From NCBI GenBank assembly GCA_049840735.1, contig JASGJN010000004.1:32001-96000 (forward strand): a stretch of 64,000 nucleotides of DNA. The letters are read 5' to 3'. The stretch comes from Anaeromyxobacter sp. (GTDB lineage: Bacteria; Myxococcota; Myxococcia; Myxococcales; Anaeromyxobacteraceae). Numbering within the stretch: position 1 is the first letter of the stretch; the number at the start of each line of letters is the position of its first letter. The translations under genes were made by a program, and so were the position numbers. Below are positions 1 to 11,718 of the stretch, in pieces. The notes below the pieces were generated by a model that saw nothing but the letters and a program-made list of their open reading frames with translations, ran no database searches and was not told where the DNA came from.

Positions 1-441
1 GCGCCGAACTATTTGCTGGGCTTGGCCCAGCTCGGCAACGGCCGTTCGGCCGAGGCGGCCGTCGCCTTCTCGGCGGCCACACTGCACCAACCGAAGTTCG
101 CCGCGGCGTGGGTGGCGTTGCGGGACCACGGCGCGACGGTCGCCGCCCGGTCCGATGCCTGCGCTTCAGGTGGCCGCGTTGCCCGGCCAGGTGGGACAGG
201 ACCACTTCGACCCGGCTGAGGTCATCGAGCCTCGGCGGTTGTGGGAGACCGTCACCGCCGCCCGCCGAGCCCTGCCGCCGCCGGTGACGGCGATCTACCC
301 GCTTGCGCCAGCAAGGCCGATCCTGATGACAAGCCGGGTGACGGCGTCGAGCATCCGACGCCGGGAGAAGTGCTGTCGCAGACCCTCTTGATGCAATCCT
401 TGAAGTCGCTCCTGTTCCTGCGCCTGCCTGACGAGCTGTAG
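1..441 (+). CDS. C-terminal part of a TPR-like protein (partial, frameshifted)
   Basis: TPR-like segment (LGLAQLGNGRSAEAAVAF...PKFAAAW) continuing across ORFs 13-219, 155-391 and 241-441. Confidence 0.35.
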
Positions 442-468
442 CCGCCCGCCGCGCGGTAGAATGCCGGT

Positions 469-1629
469 ATGAAGTTCCTATCCGCCATCACGCCCTGGCC
501 GACACCGACGATGTGCTTGTCGAAGTGCTGCAATCGTTTCGCAAGCAGGGCATGCCAGCGCCGATGTGGTGTTCGTCTTTCTGACGTCGCACCACACGGT
601 CGAGGCAGACCGGCTGGTCGAAAAGCTCTGGCTCGAGCTCGACCCGCAGTGCATGGTCGGCTGCTCGGGAGACGGCGTCCTCGGCGGCGCGATGGAAATC
701 GAACGCCAGCCGGGTCTGTCGGTCATGGTGGGGCAGCTTCCCGGCGTCCGGTTTCACCCGTTCCACATCGCCGACGACCTGGACTGGCGGCACATGCTGA
801 CCGACGAAGAGGATCTGGCCGAGCGTGTCGGCTATGGTCCGCTGACGCGCGGCATCGTCGGCTTCGGCGACCCGTTCACCACGCCCGCGGGGCAATTGCT
901 GACGGCCCTCGACGTCGCGTGTCCGAACGCGCCGCTGGTCGGCGGGATGGCCAGCAGCGGCCGCCAGCCGGGCGAGAACATCCTCATCCGCAACGACCAG
1001 GTGCTGGACAAGGGGTTCGTCGGCGTCAGTATCAGCGGGCCGGTCGCGGTGCAGGCGGTCGTCAGCCAGGGGTGCCGGCCGATCGGCAAGCCGCTGGTCG
1101 TCACCAAGGCTCGGGAGAACATCATCGAACAGCTCGGCGGTCGCCCGGCGATGGAAACGCCTCGCGCAAAATCGTCAACGGACTGGGCTCGCAGGACGAA
1201 AAACTACTGGCCAGCGGATTGTTCATTGGACGCGCGATCAGCGAATACCGCGACACGTTCGGCCGCGGCGATTTCCTGGTGCGGAACGTGATTGGCGTCG
1301 ACGAGCAGGCCGGATCGATCGCGGCGGCGGACTATATCCGCGTCGGGCAGACGGTGCAGTTTCACGTCCGAGACGCCGCCACCGCCGGCGAAGACCTCGC
1401 CGCGATGCTGGAAGTGCAGAAGGGCAGCCCGGCGGCGGGTTCGCTGCTGTTCAGTTGCAACGGCCGGGGCACACGCATGTTCAACACCGCCGGCCACGAC
1501 ATCGGCCAGGCAAAGAAGGCGATGCCACAAACCCCGGTGGCCGGCTTCTTCGCCGCCGGCGAGTTCGGCCCGGTAGGCGGCAAGAACTTCATCCACGGCC
1601 ACACGGCGAGTTTCGCGATGTTCCGGTGA
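469..1629 (+). CDS. FIST N/C domain protein (frameshifted)
   Basis: VGCSGDGVLG, PLVGGMAS, VSQGCRPIG in ORF 566-1291; VGQTVQFHVRD, LLFSCNGRG, GFFAAGEFGPVGG in ORF ending 1629. Confidence 0.85.
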   Translation: MKFLSAITPWPTPTMCLSKCCNRFASRACQRRCGVRLSDVAPHGRGRPAGRKALARARPAVHGRLLGRRRPRRRDGNRTPAGSVGHGGAASRRPVSPVPHRRRPGLAAHADRRRGSGRACRLWSADARHRRLRRPVHHARGAIADGPRRRVSERAAGRRDGQQRPPAGREHPHPQRPGAGQGVRRRQYQRAGRGAGGRQPGVPADRQAAGRHQGSGEHHRTARRSPGDGNASRKIVNGLGSQDEKLLASGLFIGRAISEYRDTFGRGDFLVRNVIGVDEQAGSIAAADYIRVGQTVQFHVRDAATAGEDLAAMLEVQKGSPAAGSLLFSCNGRGTRMFNTAGHDIGQAKKAMPQTPVAGFFAAGEFGPVGGKNFIHGHTASFAMFR

Positions 1630-1646
1630 ATGGATTTGCGCTTTCC

Positions 1647-1813
1647 TGTAGGGTGGGCTTCAGCCCACCGGTTATGTTCGAGCACTCGCTGTGTGACCAC
1701 CGTCGAACGCTGCCTGGCATCGCGACGCGACGGAAAACATCACGCTCATTGCCGAGGGTGCGATCACACAACGGGTATTCGAATACAACCGGTGGGCTGA
1801 AGCCCACCCTACA
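1647..1813. repeat. GTAG-type REP doublet (REPIN-like)
   Basis: Perfect 27-bp inverted repeat TGTAGGGTGGGCTTCAGCCCACCGGTT at 1647-1673 and 1787-1813, extending imperfectly inward, between convergent genes. Confidence 0.85.
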
Positions 1814-1828
1814 AGATGCCACCGCGCA

Positions 1829-2957
1829 TCACGCGAGGCCGCACAGCACCTCGCACCCCTTTGCCAGCTTTTCGTCGGTGGTCGCGTAGCTGATGCGGAA
1901 GTGCGTGTCTCGCCCGCTGAACACGTTGCCGGGGATGATCAGGACGTTGTTCTCGATCGCCTTGGCGACGAACTCGCGTGGCGGTCGTGGCCGGCGGGGG
2001 CCTTGGGGAAGATGTAGAACGCGCCGTCAGGCTTCTGCGACCTCGAACTTCTTGCTGAGCATCTCGTACGCCATGTCGCGCTTCTTCCGGTACGCGGCGA
2101 CGTAGTCGGCCATCGGCACGTCGATGCGCCGCGAGCGCCGCGTGCTGGAAGGGGCTGGGGGCGCAGACGAACGTGTACTGCTGCAGCTTGGTCATCTGCC
2201 CGATGATCTCGGCCGGGCCGAAGGCGTACCCGAGCCGCCAGCCGGTCATCGCGTGGCTCTTGCTGAAGCCGCGGAGGACGATCGTGCGGTCGTAGATTCG
2301 CGGGCGGGCGTCTTTTCGATGCGTCCCGTAGAGGAACGGCTCGTAGATCTCGTCCGACAGGATCAGCAGGTCGTGCTTCTTTGCGAGCTCGACGGCGGAC
2401 TGCACTTCGTCCTCGGTCATCACGATGCCGGTCGGGTTGCTGGGGCTGTTGAGGATCAGCAGTTTCGTCCGCGGGGTGATCGCGGCTTCGACCCGGTCGG
2501 CGTGGAAGCGGAAGTCGGGGTAGCTGTCGACGGTGACCGGCTTGCCGCCGGCCAGCGTCAGCAGGTGCTTGTACATGACGAAGTAGGGGTCGAGGAAGAT
2601 CGCCTCGTCACCGGGGTCGATGACGGCCTGGATCGCGAGCATCAGGCCGCCGGACACGCCGGAGGTGATCAGCACTTCGCCGACGTCGCGGCCGAACTCC
2701 GTCCGTCAGGTCCTTCCGTAGCCGGTCGCGGAGCGGCGGCGATGCCCTGGGTCTGCGTGTACCGGTTGTCGCCCCGGCGGATCGATTCGATCGCCGCGTC
2801 CTTCGCGATCTCCGGGACGTCGAAGTCGGGCAGGCCGATCGAGAGGTTGATCGGGTCCTTCATCTTCGCGGCGAGGTCGAAGACCTTGCGGATACCCGGA
2901 GGCGTCGACGCCCCTGGAGCGGGCGGAAAGGAAGTCATTGAGGTTGGCCGGCGGCAT
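1829..2957 (-). CDS. Class I/II PLP-dependent aminotransferase (frameshifted)
   Basis: INLSIGLPDF, NSPSNPTG, SDEIY, GFSKSHAMTGWRLG motifs spread over several frames. Confidence 0.9.
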
Positions 2958-3150
2958 GATGGGATTGTTGTGTCGGAAGCGGTTTCTGTCCACGAAGGGT
3001 CACGAATTGAGAAAATGTCCGTGACACGGCTTGGAAAGCCGTGTCACGGACAGCTACGCGTCGCACGACCGTTCGGTGCATAGAGAGAGCATGCGCAGGT
3101 GCGACGTTCGTCGCGCCTGCGTGCTTCGGGTTATCCGGCTTTGAGCGGGA

Positions 3151-3424
3151 TTACTTCTTCTTGGCGGCCGGGGCGGCCTTGGCGGCGGGGGCCGCCTTGC
3201 CAGCGGGGGCGGCCTTGCCGGCCGGAGCAGCCTTGCCCGCGGGGGCGGCTTTGCCGGCGGCGGCCTTGCCGGCCGGGCGCTGCGCCGGCTACTGCGGCGG
3301 CGTCGCCTTCGACCTTCTTCTCGGCCTTCACCACGGCGGCCTTGCGGTGGCCGACCTTCGGCAGGCCGAGGGGGCTGTTCTTGGTTTCCGACCACTTTTC
3401 AAGCTCGCGGAGCTTGTTGCCCAT
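3151..3424 (-). pseudogene. 5'-truncated small basic protein of PVC-superphylum type with Ala/Lys/Pro tail
   Basis: LRELEKWSETKNSPLGLPKV followed by (AGKAAP)n AAKKK; expected N-terminus is missing where the tRNA begins. Confidence 0.55.
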
Positions 3425-3425
3425 C

Positions 3426-3508
3426 GCCCAGGTGGCGGAACTGGTAGACGCACCAGATTCAGGGTCTGGCGGCCTCAAAACCGTGGAGGTTCGAATCCTC
3501 TCCGGGCA
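3426..3508 (+). tRNA. tRNA-Leu(CAG)
   Basis: GCCCAGGTGGCGGAACTGGTAGACGC; anticodon arm CCAGA-TTCAGGG-TCTGG; long variable arm; GGTTCGAATCC; one base apparently missing from the 3' acceptor strand. Confidence 0.9.
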
Positions 3509-3596
3509 CACCGAGCGGGTCGGCGAAAGCCGGCCCGCTCTTCTTTTTGCCCCCGGTCTGCCCGCGGGGGCGGATCCCCTTGACATCCCCGGCCGG

Positions 3597-4648
3597 TTGC
3601 AGACGAGTGCCGTCCCACGGATTCATACGCCTGCGATTGTCGGCGCCTCCGGTTACACCGGCCTCGAGCTGACGCGCCTGCTGGCGCGCCACCCCCACCT
3701 CCGCCTCACCGCCCTGCTCTCGGATCGCCGGGCCGGTGAGAAGGCCGGCCAGCGCCTGGCGCTGGAGGGCCCCGCCGCAGCGCTGGCCTACGGCGCGCTC
3801 GCGCAGGCCGAGGAGCTGGACGCGGAGGTCGTGTTCCTGGCCACGCCGGCCGAGGTGTCGGCGGAGCTCGCCCCCAAGCTGCTGGCCCGCGGCCGGCGGG
3901 TGATTGACCTCTCCGGCGCGTTCCGGCTGGCCGACGCCGCCGCCTATCCGCCCTGGTACGGCTTCACCCACCCGGCCCCGGCGCTGCTGGCGGAGGCCCG
4001 CTACGGCCTGCCCGAGCTGGGCGCGACGGGCTGCGCGGCGCGAAGCTGGTGACCAACCCCGGCTGCTACGCCACCGCCATCGCGCTGGCCGTGGCGCCGC
4101 TGGTCCGCTCCGGGCTGGTCTCGGCCGAGGGCATCGCCATCACCGCCATGAGCGGCGTCTCCGGCGCCGGCCGCAAGGCCTCGGAGGACTTCTCCTTCGT
4201 GGAGGTGGCGGACGACGTGCGCGCCTACCGGATCGGCAAGCACCAGCACGTGCCGGAGATCGAGCAGACCGTGGCCCGCTTCGCCGGGGCCTGCGGCCCG
4301 CTCTCCTTCACGCCGGTGCTCACGCCCATCCGGCGCGGCATCCTGGCCACGGCCGCCCTGCGCCTGGAGGCGGGCGCCAGCGCCGCCGACCTGCAGGCCG
4401 CCGTGGAAGGCGCCTACCGCGACGAGCCCTTCGTGAAGGTCCGCGCCGCCGAGAAGGTGATGATCAAGGACGTGGTCCACACCAACCGCTGCCACGTGGG
4501 CGTGGCGCTGGACGCGCGGGCCGGGCTGGCCATCGCCGTCTCGGCCATCGACAACCTGGTGAAGGGGGCCGCCGGCCAGGCGGTGCAGGCCATGAACGCG
4601 ACCCAGGGCTGGCCGGAGACCACCGGCCTCGACCTGGTGGGAGGCTGA
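3597..4648 (+). CDS. argC: N-acetyl-gamma-glutamyl-phosphate reductase (frameshift ~4030, start approximate)
   Basis: [47 protein letters not shown]. Confidence 0.93.
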
Positions 4649-4652
4649 TCCG

Positions 4653-6756
4653 GTGATCAGGATCCCCAAGGGCTTCCGGTTCGGCGGCATCGCCTGCGGG
4701 CTCAAGCCGCAGCGGCGCGACCTCGCGCTGGTGGTCTCGGATCACCCGGCCTCCGCGGCCGGCGTGTTCACCACCAACCGCGCCGCCGCCGCGCCGGTGC
4801 AGGACGCGCGCGCGCGCGTGCCGGCCGAGGGGATCCGGGCCATCGTGGCCAACTCGGGCAACGCCAACGCGCTCACCGGCCCGGCCGGCCTGGACGACGT
4901 CTCGGTGATCCGCTCGGCGGTGGCCGACGCGCTGGGGCTGCAGAAGCGGGCGGTGCTGACCGCCTCCACCGGCGTGATCGGCGCGCGGCTGCCGGCCATG
5001 AAGATCGTCACCGCGCTGCCGGCCCTGGTGGAGCAGCTGGGCGACCACCCCGACCTCTGCGCCGAGGCCATCATGACCACCGACACGCGCCCGAAGATGA
5101 CGGCGCGCGAGGTGACGCTGGGCGGCAAGGTCGCGACCATCGCCGCGGTGTGCAAGGGCTCGGGCATGCTGGCGCCCCAGCTGGCCACCACCCTGTGCCT
5201 GCTGGTGACCGACGCGGCGGTCTCGCCCGGCGCGCTGCAGGCGGTGCTGCAGCGGGCGGTGAGGAAGACGCTCAACATGGTGACGGTGGACGGCGAGACC
5301 TCCACCAACGACACCGTCTACCTGCTGGCCAACGGCCTGGCCGGCAACGCCCGGCTGCACGAGGCCGGCGCCGACCTGGACCGCTTCGAGACCGCCCTCA
5401 CCGACCTGCTGGGCGAGATGGCCCGCGCCATGGCGGCCGACGGCGAGGGCGCCACCAAGATGGTCGAGGTGGTGGTGGCCGGCGCGCCGGGCGAGGGCGA
5501 GGCGGAGGAGCTGGCCCGGGCCATCGCCTCCTCCCCGCTGGTCAAGGCGGCGCTGTTCGGCGCCGATCCGAACTGGGGCCGGATCCTGGCCACGGTCGGC
5601 GCGCGCGCCGGGGCCCGCGGCTGGGCCATCGACCCCTTCGGCGCCACGGTGGCGCTGCAGGGCGTGACCGTCTTCTCCGCCGGCGCGCCGGTGGAGTTCG
5701 ACCGGGAGGCGCTGCGCGCCAAGATGCGCGAGAGCCGGGTGGACGTGGGCGTGATGCTCACCGGCGGCCAGGCGCGGGCGGTGGCCTGGGGCTGCGACCT
5801 CACCTACGACTACGTGAAGATCAACGCCGACTACAGCTCCACCATCGTCCAGAAGGAGGACGGCGGCGTCGCCAAGGACGACCGCGTGGCCAACTACAGC
5901 CCCGCCTTCAAGCGGGCGCTGCTGGTGGAGGCGCTCAAGTACATCTCGGCCTTCTCCGGCCAGGTGGCGGTCATCAAGTACGGCGGCGCGGCCATGGTGA
6001 AGGACAGCCTCAAGGAGGCCTTCGCCGAGGACGTCACGCTGCTGAAGCGGGTGGGGCTCAAGCCGGTGGTGGTGCACGGCGGCGCGCCCGGAGATCACCC
6101 GCACGCTGGAGAAGCTGGGCGAGCGGAGCGAGTTCGTGGACGGCATGCGCATCACCGACGCGCAGAGCCTCCCGGTGGTGGAGATGGTCCTCTCCGGCAA
6201 GGTGAACCAGGAGCTGGTGGCGCTGCTCAACGCCCGCAACGCCGGGGCGGTGGGCGTCTCCGGGAAGGACGGCAAGCTGCTCCGGGCCCGCAAGGCGGTG
6301 CACGCCTCCGGCCGCGACCTGGGGCACGTGGGCGAGGTGGTGGAGGTGAACACCTCCTTCCTCCGGATGCTGCTCGACGGCGGTTACGTGCCGGTGATCT
6401 CGCCCATCGGCCTGGCCGACGACGGCTCCGGCCTGTCCATCAACGGCGACGACGTGGCCTCGGCGGTGGCCGAGGCGCTGGGCGCCAAGAAGCTCATCTA
6501 CCTGACCGACGTGCCTGGCCTGCTGGAGTCCTCGCCGGACGGGGAGCTGGTCCGCCAGACCACCGCGGCCGACCTGGCGCGGCGCATCGAGGCCGGCGCC
6601 ATCACCGGCGGCATGAAGTGGAAGGTCAACGCCATCCTGGCGGCGCTCCGGGGCGGGGTGCCGCGCGTGCACGTGCTGGACGGGCGGCAGCCGCACACCG
6701 TCATCGCCGAGCTCTTCACCGACCGCGGCGTCGGCACCCTGGTGACCCCGACATGA
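4653..6756 (+). CDS. argJ: Fused ornithine acetyltransferase ArgJ / acetylglutamate kinase ArgB (frameshift ~6090)
   Basis: [44 protein letters not shown] run in frame into VIKYGGAAM...VVVHGG; ArgB completed by ORF 6136-6756. Confidence 0.9.
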
Positions 6757-7241
6757 GCAACGCCGATCGCCGCCGCGAGGCCGTGGCCCGCATCATCCGG
6801 ACGCGCCGCATCGGCACGCAGGAGGCGCTGCTGGAGGCGGTCGTCGCCGCCGGCTTCCAGGCCACCCAGGCCACCCTCTCGCGCGACCTGGCGCGGCTGG
6901 GGGCCCGCCGCGTCTCGCGCCCCGAGGGCGGCTCGATCTACGAGCTGGCCGAGGGCGCGCCCGGGCCGGCCGACGAGCTGGCCACGCTGCGCCCGCTGGT
7001 CTCCCGGCTCGACGCGAACGGCTCGCTGGTGGTGATCCGCACGCACCCCGGCAGCGCGCCCGCCATCGCGCGGGCCATCGACCTGGCCCAGCTCCCCGAG
7101 GTGCTGGGGACCATCGCCGGCGACGACACCATCTTCGTGGCCCCGGCCGGCGAGCTGCGCCCGCGCCGGCTGGCGGCCCGCCTGGCCGAGCTGCTGGGCA
7201 CGCCGGCGGCGCTGGGCGACGGCGCGCGCGCCGACGGCTGA
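6753..7241 (+). CDS. argR: Arginine repressor
   Basis: TQATLSRDL and [15 protein letters not shown] overlap with the upstream stop. Confidence 0.93.
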   Translation: MSNADRRREAVARIIRTRRIGTQEALLEAVVAAGFQATQATLSRDLARLGARRVSRPEGGSIYELAEGAPGPADELATLRPLVSRLDANGSLVVIRTHPGSAPAIARAIDLAQLPEVLGTIAGDDTIFVAPAGELRPRRLAARLAELLGTPAALGDGARADG

Positions 7242-7254
7242 GCCAGGCGACGGC

Positions 7255-7927
7255 TCAGCCGCAGAATCACCGCGCCGTCCACGGTGCGGCAGTTCATGTC
7301 CTTCTTCTGCTGCTCGTAGCGCTCGTCCATCTTGCCGGCGTCGAGGAAGCCGCCGCCCCCGCTGCCCTCGATGGCGCGGGTGTGGGCGTTGGTCTCGCGC
7401 GCCGGCGTCGGCTCGCCCGCCCCGCCGGCCGGCGCCGGCTGCGGCGACGCCGGCGCGGCGCCCTGGGGTGAGGCGCCCGCGGGCTGGCCGCCGGCGGCCG
7501 GCGGCTGCTCCGGCGCGGGCTGGCCGCGGCCGTTCTCCACCACGCCCACCGTGGCCGTCACCGGGCGCGCGCTGTGGACCCGGTCCGGCGGGACCGCGGC
7601 GCCGCCGGTGTAGTGGACGGAGCCGTCCTCGCCGGTCCAGCTGTAGATGGTCGCGTCGTCGAGCCCGGCGGGCTGGGCGCGCGCCGCGGCCGGCAGCGGC
7701 GCCGGCTCGGCGGCCGGGGGCGGCGGCTCGGCGGGCGCAGGCGCCGCCTCGGCCTGCGCCGCCGGCTCGGGCTCGGCCTCGGCAGGCTCGGCCTCGGCGG
7801 CCGGCTCGGGCGCAGCGGCCTCCCCGGCCGCGGGCTCGGCCGGCGCGGGCGGCTCGGCAGGCGGAGCCGAGGGCCGGCTGCAGGCGAGGCCCAGCGCGAG
7901 GAGGAAGGTGGCAGCGCGGAGACGCAT
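7255..7927 (-). CDS. Pro/Ala-rich lipoprotein with DUF4124-like domain
   Basis: Signal peptide with lipobox LALGLAC; IYSWTGEDGSVHYT motif; 3' end inferred across a frameshift. Confidence 0.6.
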
Positions 7928-8016
7928 GTGGGCTCCTGTCCGCCGCGCAGGCGCGCGGCTGGAGGATGGTCTCACGCCGCGCCGGCCGGTGCCAGCCCGC
8001 CTGCCCCGGGGCCAGC

Positions 8017-9235
8017 TCAGCCCAGCGCCGCCAGCCGGTTCCACTCCTCCAGCGAGCGGATCACGCAGTCCTCGATGGCCAGGCCGGCGAAGTAGTTGCC
8101 GGTGATGGCCAGCCGCGAGCCGGCCAGGCACTGGTCGATCTCGCGGACGATCTCGCCGTGGCCGATGGCCGGCGAGGGGAGCGTGAGCCGCTTCTCGACC
8201 AGCTCGCCCAGCTCCGCCTCCGGCACGCGCAGCACCTCGGCCATGCGCCGCAGGCGGGCCTCGCGGGGCACGTCGCCGCGGAAGTGGAAGGTGAAGGAGC
8301 GGCGCTTCCCGTCGGGGAACGGGTCGCGCGTCACGCAGGAGTAGAAGAGGTCGTCCACCGGCACGACGAAGGCGCAGTCGGGCATCCAGCACTTCTCGCG
8401 CGGTAGCACCAGCCCGACGCTCTCCACCTCGACCGTCTTGACCCGCTGGATGGCCGCGGCCACCTCGTGGAACGCGCCCTGGAGCACCCGGACGGCCTGG
8501 TCCGGCGTGGCCGCGACCGCCACCGACGGCGCCTCCAGCCTGCGCCCGTCGGCGGTGCGGACCGCGTACCCGGCGCCGGCCGGCTCCACCGCCACCACCT
8601 CGACGCCCTGCTCCACCGTCACGCCGCGCGAGCGGGCGGCGGCGTCGCAGACCAGCTGCAGGCCGCCGTCGAAGCCGAAGCTGCGCACGAACTCCTCGCG
8701 CCGCGGGCGCTTCTTGAAGAGCGACCCGGGCCCCTCCACCGGGAAGCCGTCCGCCTTCTGCGAGGGCACCGCGGCGAAGAAGGGCGAGAAGATCCGGTCG
8801 TAGTTCCGCCGGCCGACCAGGCTCGAGTAGTAGGAGTAGACGGTTCTCGCCGTCCTTCTTCTTGAACACGCCGCGCAGGAACGCGGCGCCGGCCTCGAGC
8901 CAGTTGAGCTGCAGCAGGATCCTGGGCGGCGTGAGCCAGGTGTAGCTCGAGCCGCGCAGCAGGCCGAACTTCGCGCGGGCCTCGCCGCGCTGGACGATCT
9001 TGCCGGCGATGCCGCCGGTCACGGCGATGTCGAGGAAGTTGCCGTAGCTGTTGTAGACGGTGTGCGCGCCCATCTCGAACCAGAAGCCGTCGGGCCGCCG
9101 GTGCGAGTGGAGGCACCCGCCCACCCGGCGGTCGCGCTCCAGGACCAGCGCGCGCTTGCCCGCCTGCCCGGCCCGCCAGGCCAGGGCCAGTCCGCTGATG
9201 CCGCCCCCCACCACGATCACGTCTGCGGTCGCCAT
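8017..9235 (-). CDS. FAD-dependent oxidoreductase, protoporphyrinogen oxidase (HemY)-like (frameshift ~8845)
   Basis: VIVVGGGISGL, FEMGAHT, C-terminal ITGNYFAGLAIEDC. Confidence 0.75.
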
Positions 9236-9377
9236 GTCTCTGCCGTCACCCCTGAGGAGCCCCCGGCGCCTGCCGGTCCCTCGCGAGGGTCGCAGAGAAC
9301 GGCGCGGCGCGCCAGCGCTCGTTTCAGGCGCGCGGCCGCGGGTGGCCGACGCTCCGGGGAGGGCTTAGACAAAGGCC

Positions 9378-10257
9378 ATGCGCATGCGGATCGGGTTCAT
9401 CGGCCTGGGGACCATCGGCGAGCCCATCGCCAACAACCTCCGCAAGGCGGGGCACGACCTCACGGTCTGGAACCGCACCGCCGCCAGGGCCAGCCACCTC
9501 ACCGCCAGGGGCGGCCGGCTCGCCGCCACGCCGCGCGAGTGCGCCTCCGGCCGGGATTCTGGTCTTCACCTGCGTCGCGGACGAGCGGGCCCTGGCCGCG
9601 GTGCTGGACGGCCCGGACGGCGCGCTGGCTGGCCTCGGGGAGGGCGACGTGCTGGTGGACCTCACCACCGCCGGCGTCGCCGCGGCCCGGGCGGCCAGCG
9701 AGCGCGCGGCCCGGGCCGGGGCCCGGTTCCTGGCCTGCCCGGTGCTGGGCTCCAAGGCCGCGGCGGAGCAGGGCCAGGTGGTGCTGGTGTGCGGCGGCCC
9801 CGGCCCGGCGCGGGAGCGGGCCCGCCCGGCGCTGCACGCGATCTCGTCCCGGCTCTTCGAGCTGGACGACCCCGCGCAGGCGGCGCTGATGAAGCTCTGC
9901 ATCAACGCCATCGGCGGCGCGATGATCACCGGCTTCGCCGAGGCGCTGGCGCTGGGCGGCGCCGGCGGGCTGGAGATCTGGCGGATGGTCGAGGTGCTGC
10001 AGGCCTCGTCGTTCCACTCGCCGCTCTTCCTCATGAAGGGCGAGCTGATCGAGAAGGGCGACTACGCGCCGCGCTTCCGGCTCAGCCTGGCGGAGAAGGA
10101 CCAGCGGCTGGCGCAGGAGGCGGCGGCCGGGCTGGGGTGCAGGCTCCCCATCAACGATGCGGTCCGGAGGCTGCTCCACGAGGCGGCGGAGGCGGGCGGC
10201 GACCGCGACTTCTGCGCGGTCGCGGAGCACCTGAGGAAGAAGAAGGGGCTGGGCTGA
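9378..10257 (+). CDS. NAD(P)-dependent oxidoreductase, 3-hydroxyisobutyrate dehydrogenase family (frameshift ~9555)
   Basis: IGFIGLGTIG, WNRT, PVLGS, MKLCIN, FRLSLAEKD. Confidence 0.85.
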
Positions 10258-10264
10258 TCCCTGG

Positions 10265-10301
10265 CCTTCGACTCCGGGCCGCTTCGCGGCCCTACGCTCA
10301 G
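10265..10301 (+). repeat. Left part of a REP-like repeat split by IS110 (right part 11732-11742)
   Basis: CCTTCGACTCCGGGCCGCTTCGCGGCCCTACGCTCAG here plus AGGCCGAACGG after the IS rebuilds the intact repeat seen at 24010 and 31583. Confidence 0.9.
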
Positions 10302-10388
10302 ATGGAATGAAGCGGCTGGCCTCCACCTCGGGGTGGTGGCACGAATGCCCCACAACGCGGTCAGAGCCGCAGAGAGTGGAGACCAGCC

Positions 10389-11423
10389 GTGGACCATATT
10401 GGCATCGACCTGCACAAGAAGGACAGCCAGCTTTGCATCCTGAACGCGGAGGGCGGGGTCCTGGAGGTGCGGATCCCCACCCGGGCCGACCGGTTCGCCG
10501 AGGTGCTCGCGAACAGGCCGCGGGCCAAGCTCCTGCTGGAGGCCTCCACGGAAAGCGAATGGGTGGCGCGGCACATCGAATCGCTCGGGCACGAAGTGAT
10601 CGTGGCCGACCCGAACTACGCGCCGATGTACGGGACGCGGACGAGGCGGGTAAAGACCGATCGGCGAGATGCCCGAGCGCTGGCCGAGGCTTGCCGTTCA
10701 GGGACCTACCGAGCGGCCCACCGGAGGTCGGAATCTCGGCGGACGGTCGCTGTCCGCCTGTCGGTGAGAGACACGCTGGTCCGCACCAGGTCGCGGTTCA
10801 TCACGGTGGACCCCGGACGTCCTTGCGGAGCCACGGGCTACGGGCCCCGAGCTGCGAAGCCGAGCACTTCGCGCGAGTGGTGTTGGAGATGGCCCTGCCG
10901 GACGAGGTCCGCGACGAGGTCGAGCCGTTGCTGCTGATGTTCGACACGCTGAACGCCCGGATCGCCAAGGCCGACGCTGACCTCGAGGCCATCGCCCGCG
11001 ACAGCGCAGTGGTACGGAGGCTCACGACGGCGCCAGGCGTGGGCGTCGTGACGGCCATTGCGTACGACGTCGTCATCGATGATCCCAAGCGCTTCCAGAG
11101 TGCCCAGCAGGTGTCCGCCTACTGCGGCCTGGTCCCTAGCGAGCTGAGCTCGGGCGAGAAACAGCGCAAGGGGCGGATCACCAAGACCGGCAACGCCAGG
11201 GTGCGCTGGCTTCTCGTCCAGGCCGCGCACTGCGTCTTGCGCAGCAAGAGCGCAGAGTCGCTGCCGCTGCGCGAATGGGCGGGGAAGATCCACCGGCGGA
11301 GGGCGACGCGCAGTCGCCGTCGTGGCGCTGGCGCGCAAACTCTCCGGAATCCTGTTCGCGATGATGAGGGACGGGAAGGACTTCGACGGCAGCCGCACCT
11401 GCAGGGGAAACGCGATGGCCTAG
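10389..11423 (+). CDS. IS110 DEDD recombinase/transposase (frameshifts ~10815 and ~11305)
   Basis: HIGIDLHK, LLEAS, KTDRRDA, PGVG, AYCGLVPSELSSG, ITKTGN, VALARKL. Confidence 0.92.
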
Positions 11424-11718
11424 ACGACCGAAATCGGACCCAGTCGGGCGGACGCCGGGCCGGAGATCCGGGAGTGAGGCGAAAGCGGGTTTCGAGACAG
11501 GGTGAGCGCGAGTTCGGCCTTGGCCGGTCACCAGGAACGGCCGTCGCTCAGATGGCGCCCCCTGCTCGAATCCCCCACTGCGCCGGCGGCACTGCCGCCC
11601 CTGTTGAGCGCGAATAGAAGGCTGATGGAACTCGCGTTCGCCTGACTCCCTGACCGATGGCCAACCAGCGCCGCCCAGGCTTCAGGACAAACGACATCAC
11701 CGGCCCTTGACCGGGGAC
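11424..11718 (+). ncRNA. Putative bridge/seekRNA region of the IS1111-type element (exact ends unknown)
   Basis: Contains GTTCGGCCTT (11512-11521), CGCTCAGATGG (11545-11555), ATAGAAGGC (11614-11622) and GATGGAA (11624-11630), all matching the IS junctions. Confidence 0.75.

Noticed and set aside
4653..7241. ArgJ-ArgB-ArgR triple fusion
   Set aside because: Caused by the indel near 6090; ArgB ends at 6756 and ArgR has its own ATG at 6753.
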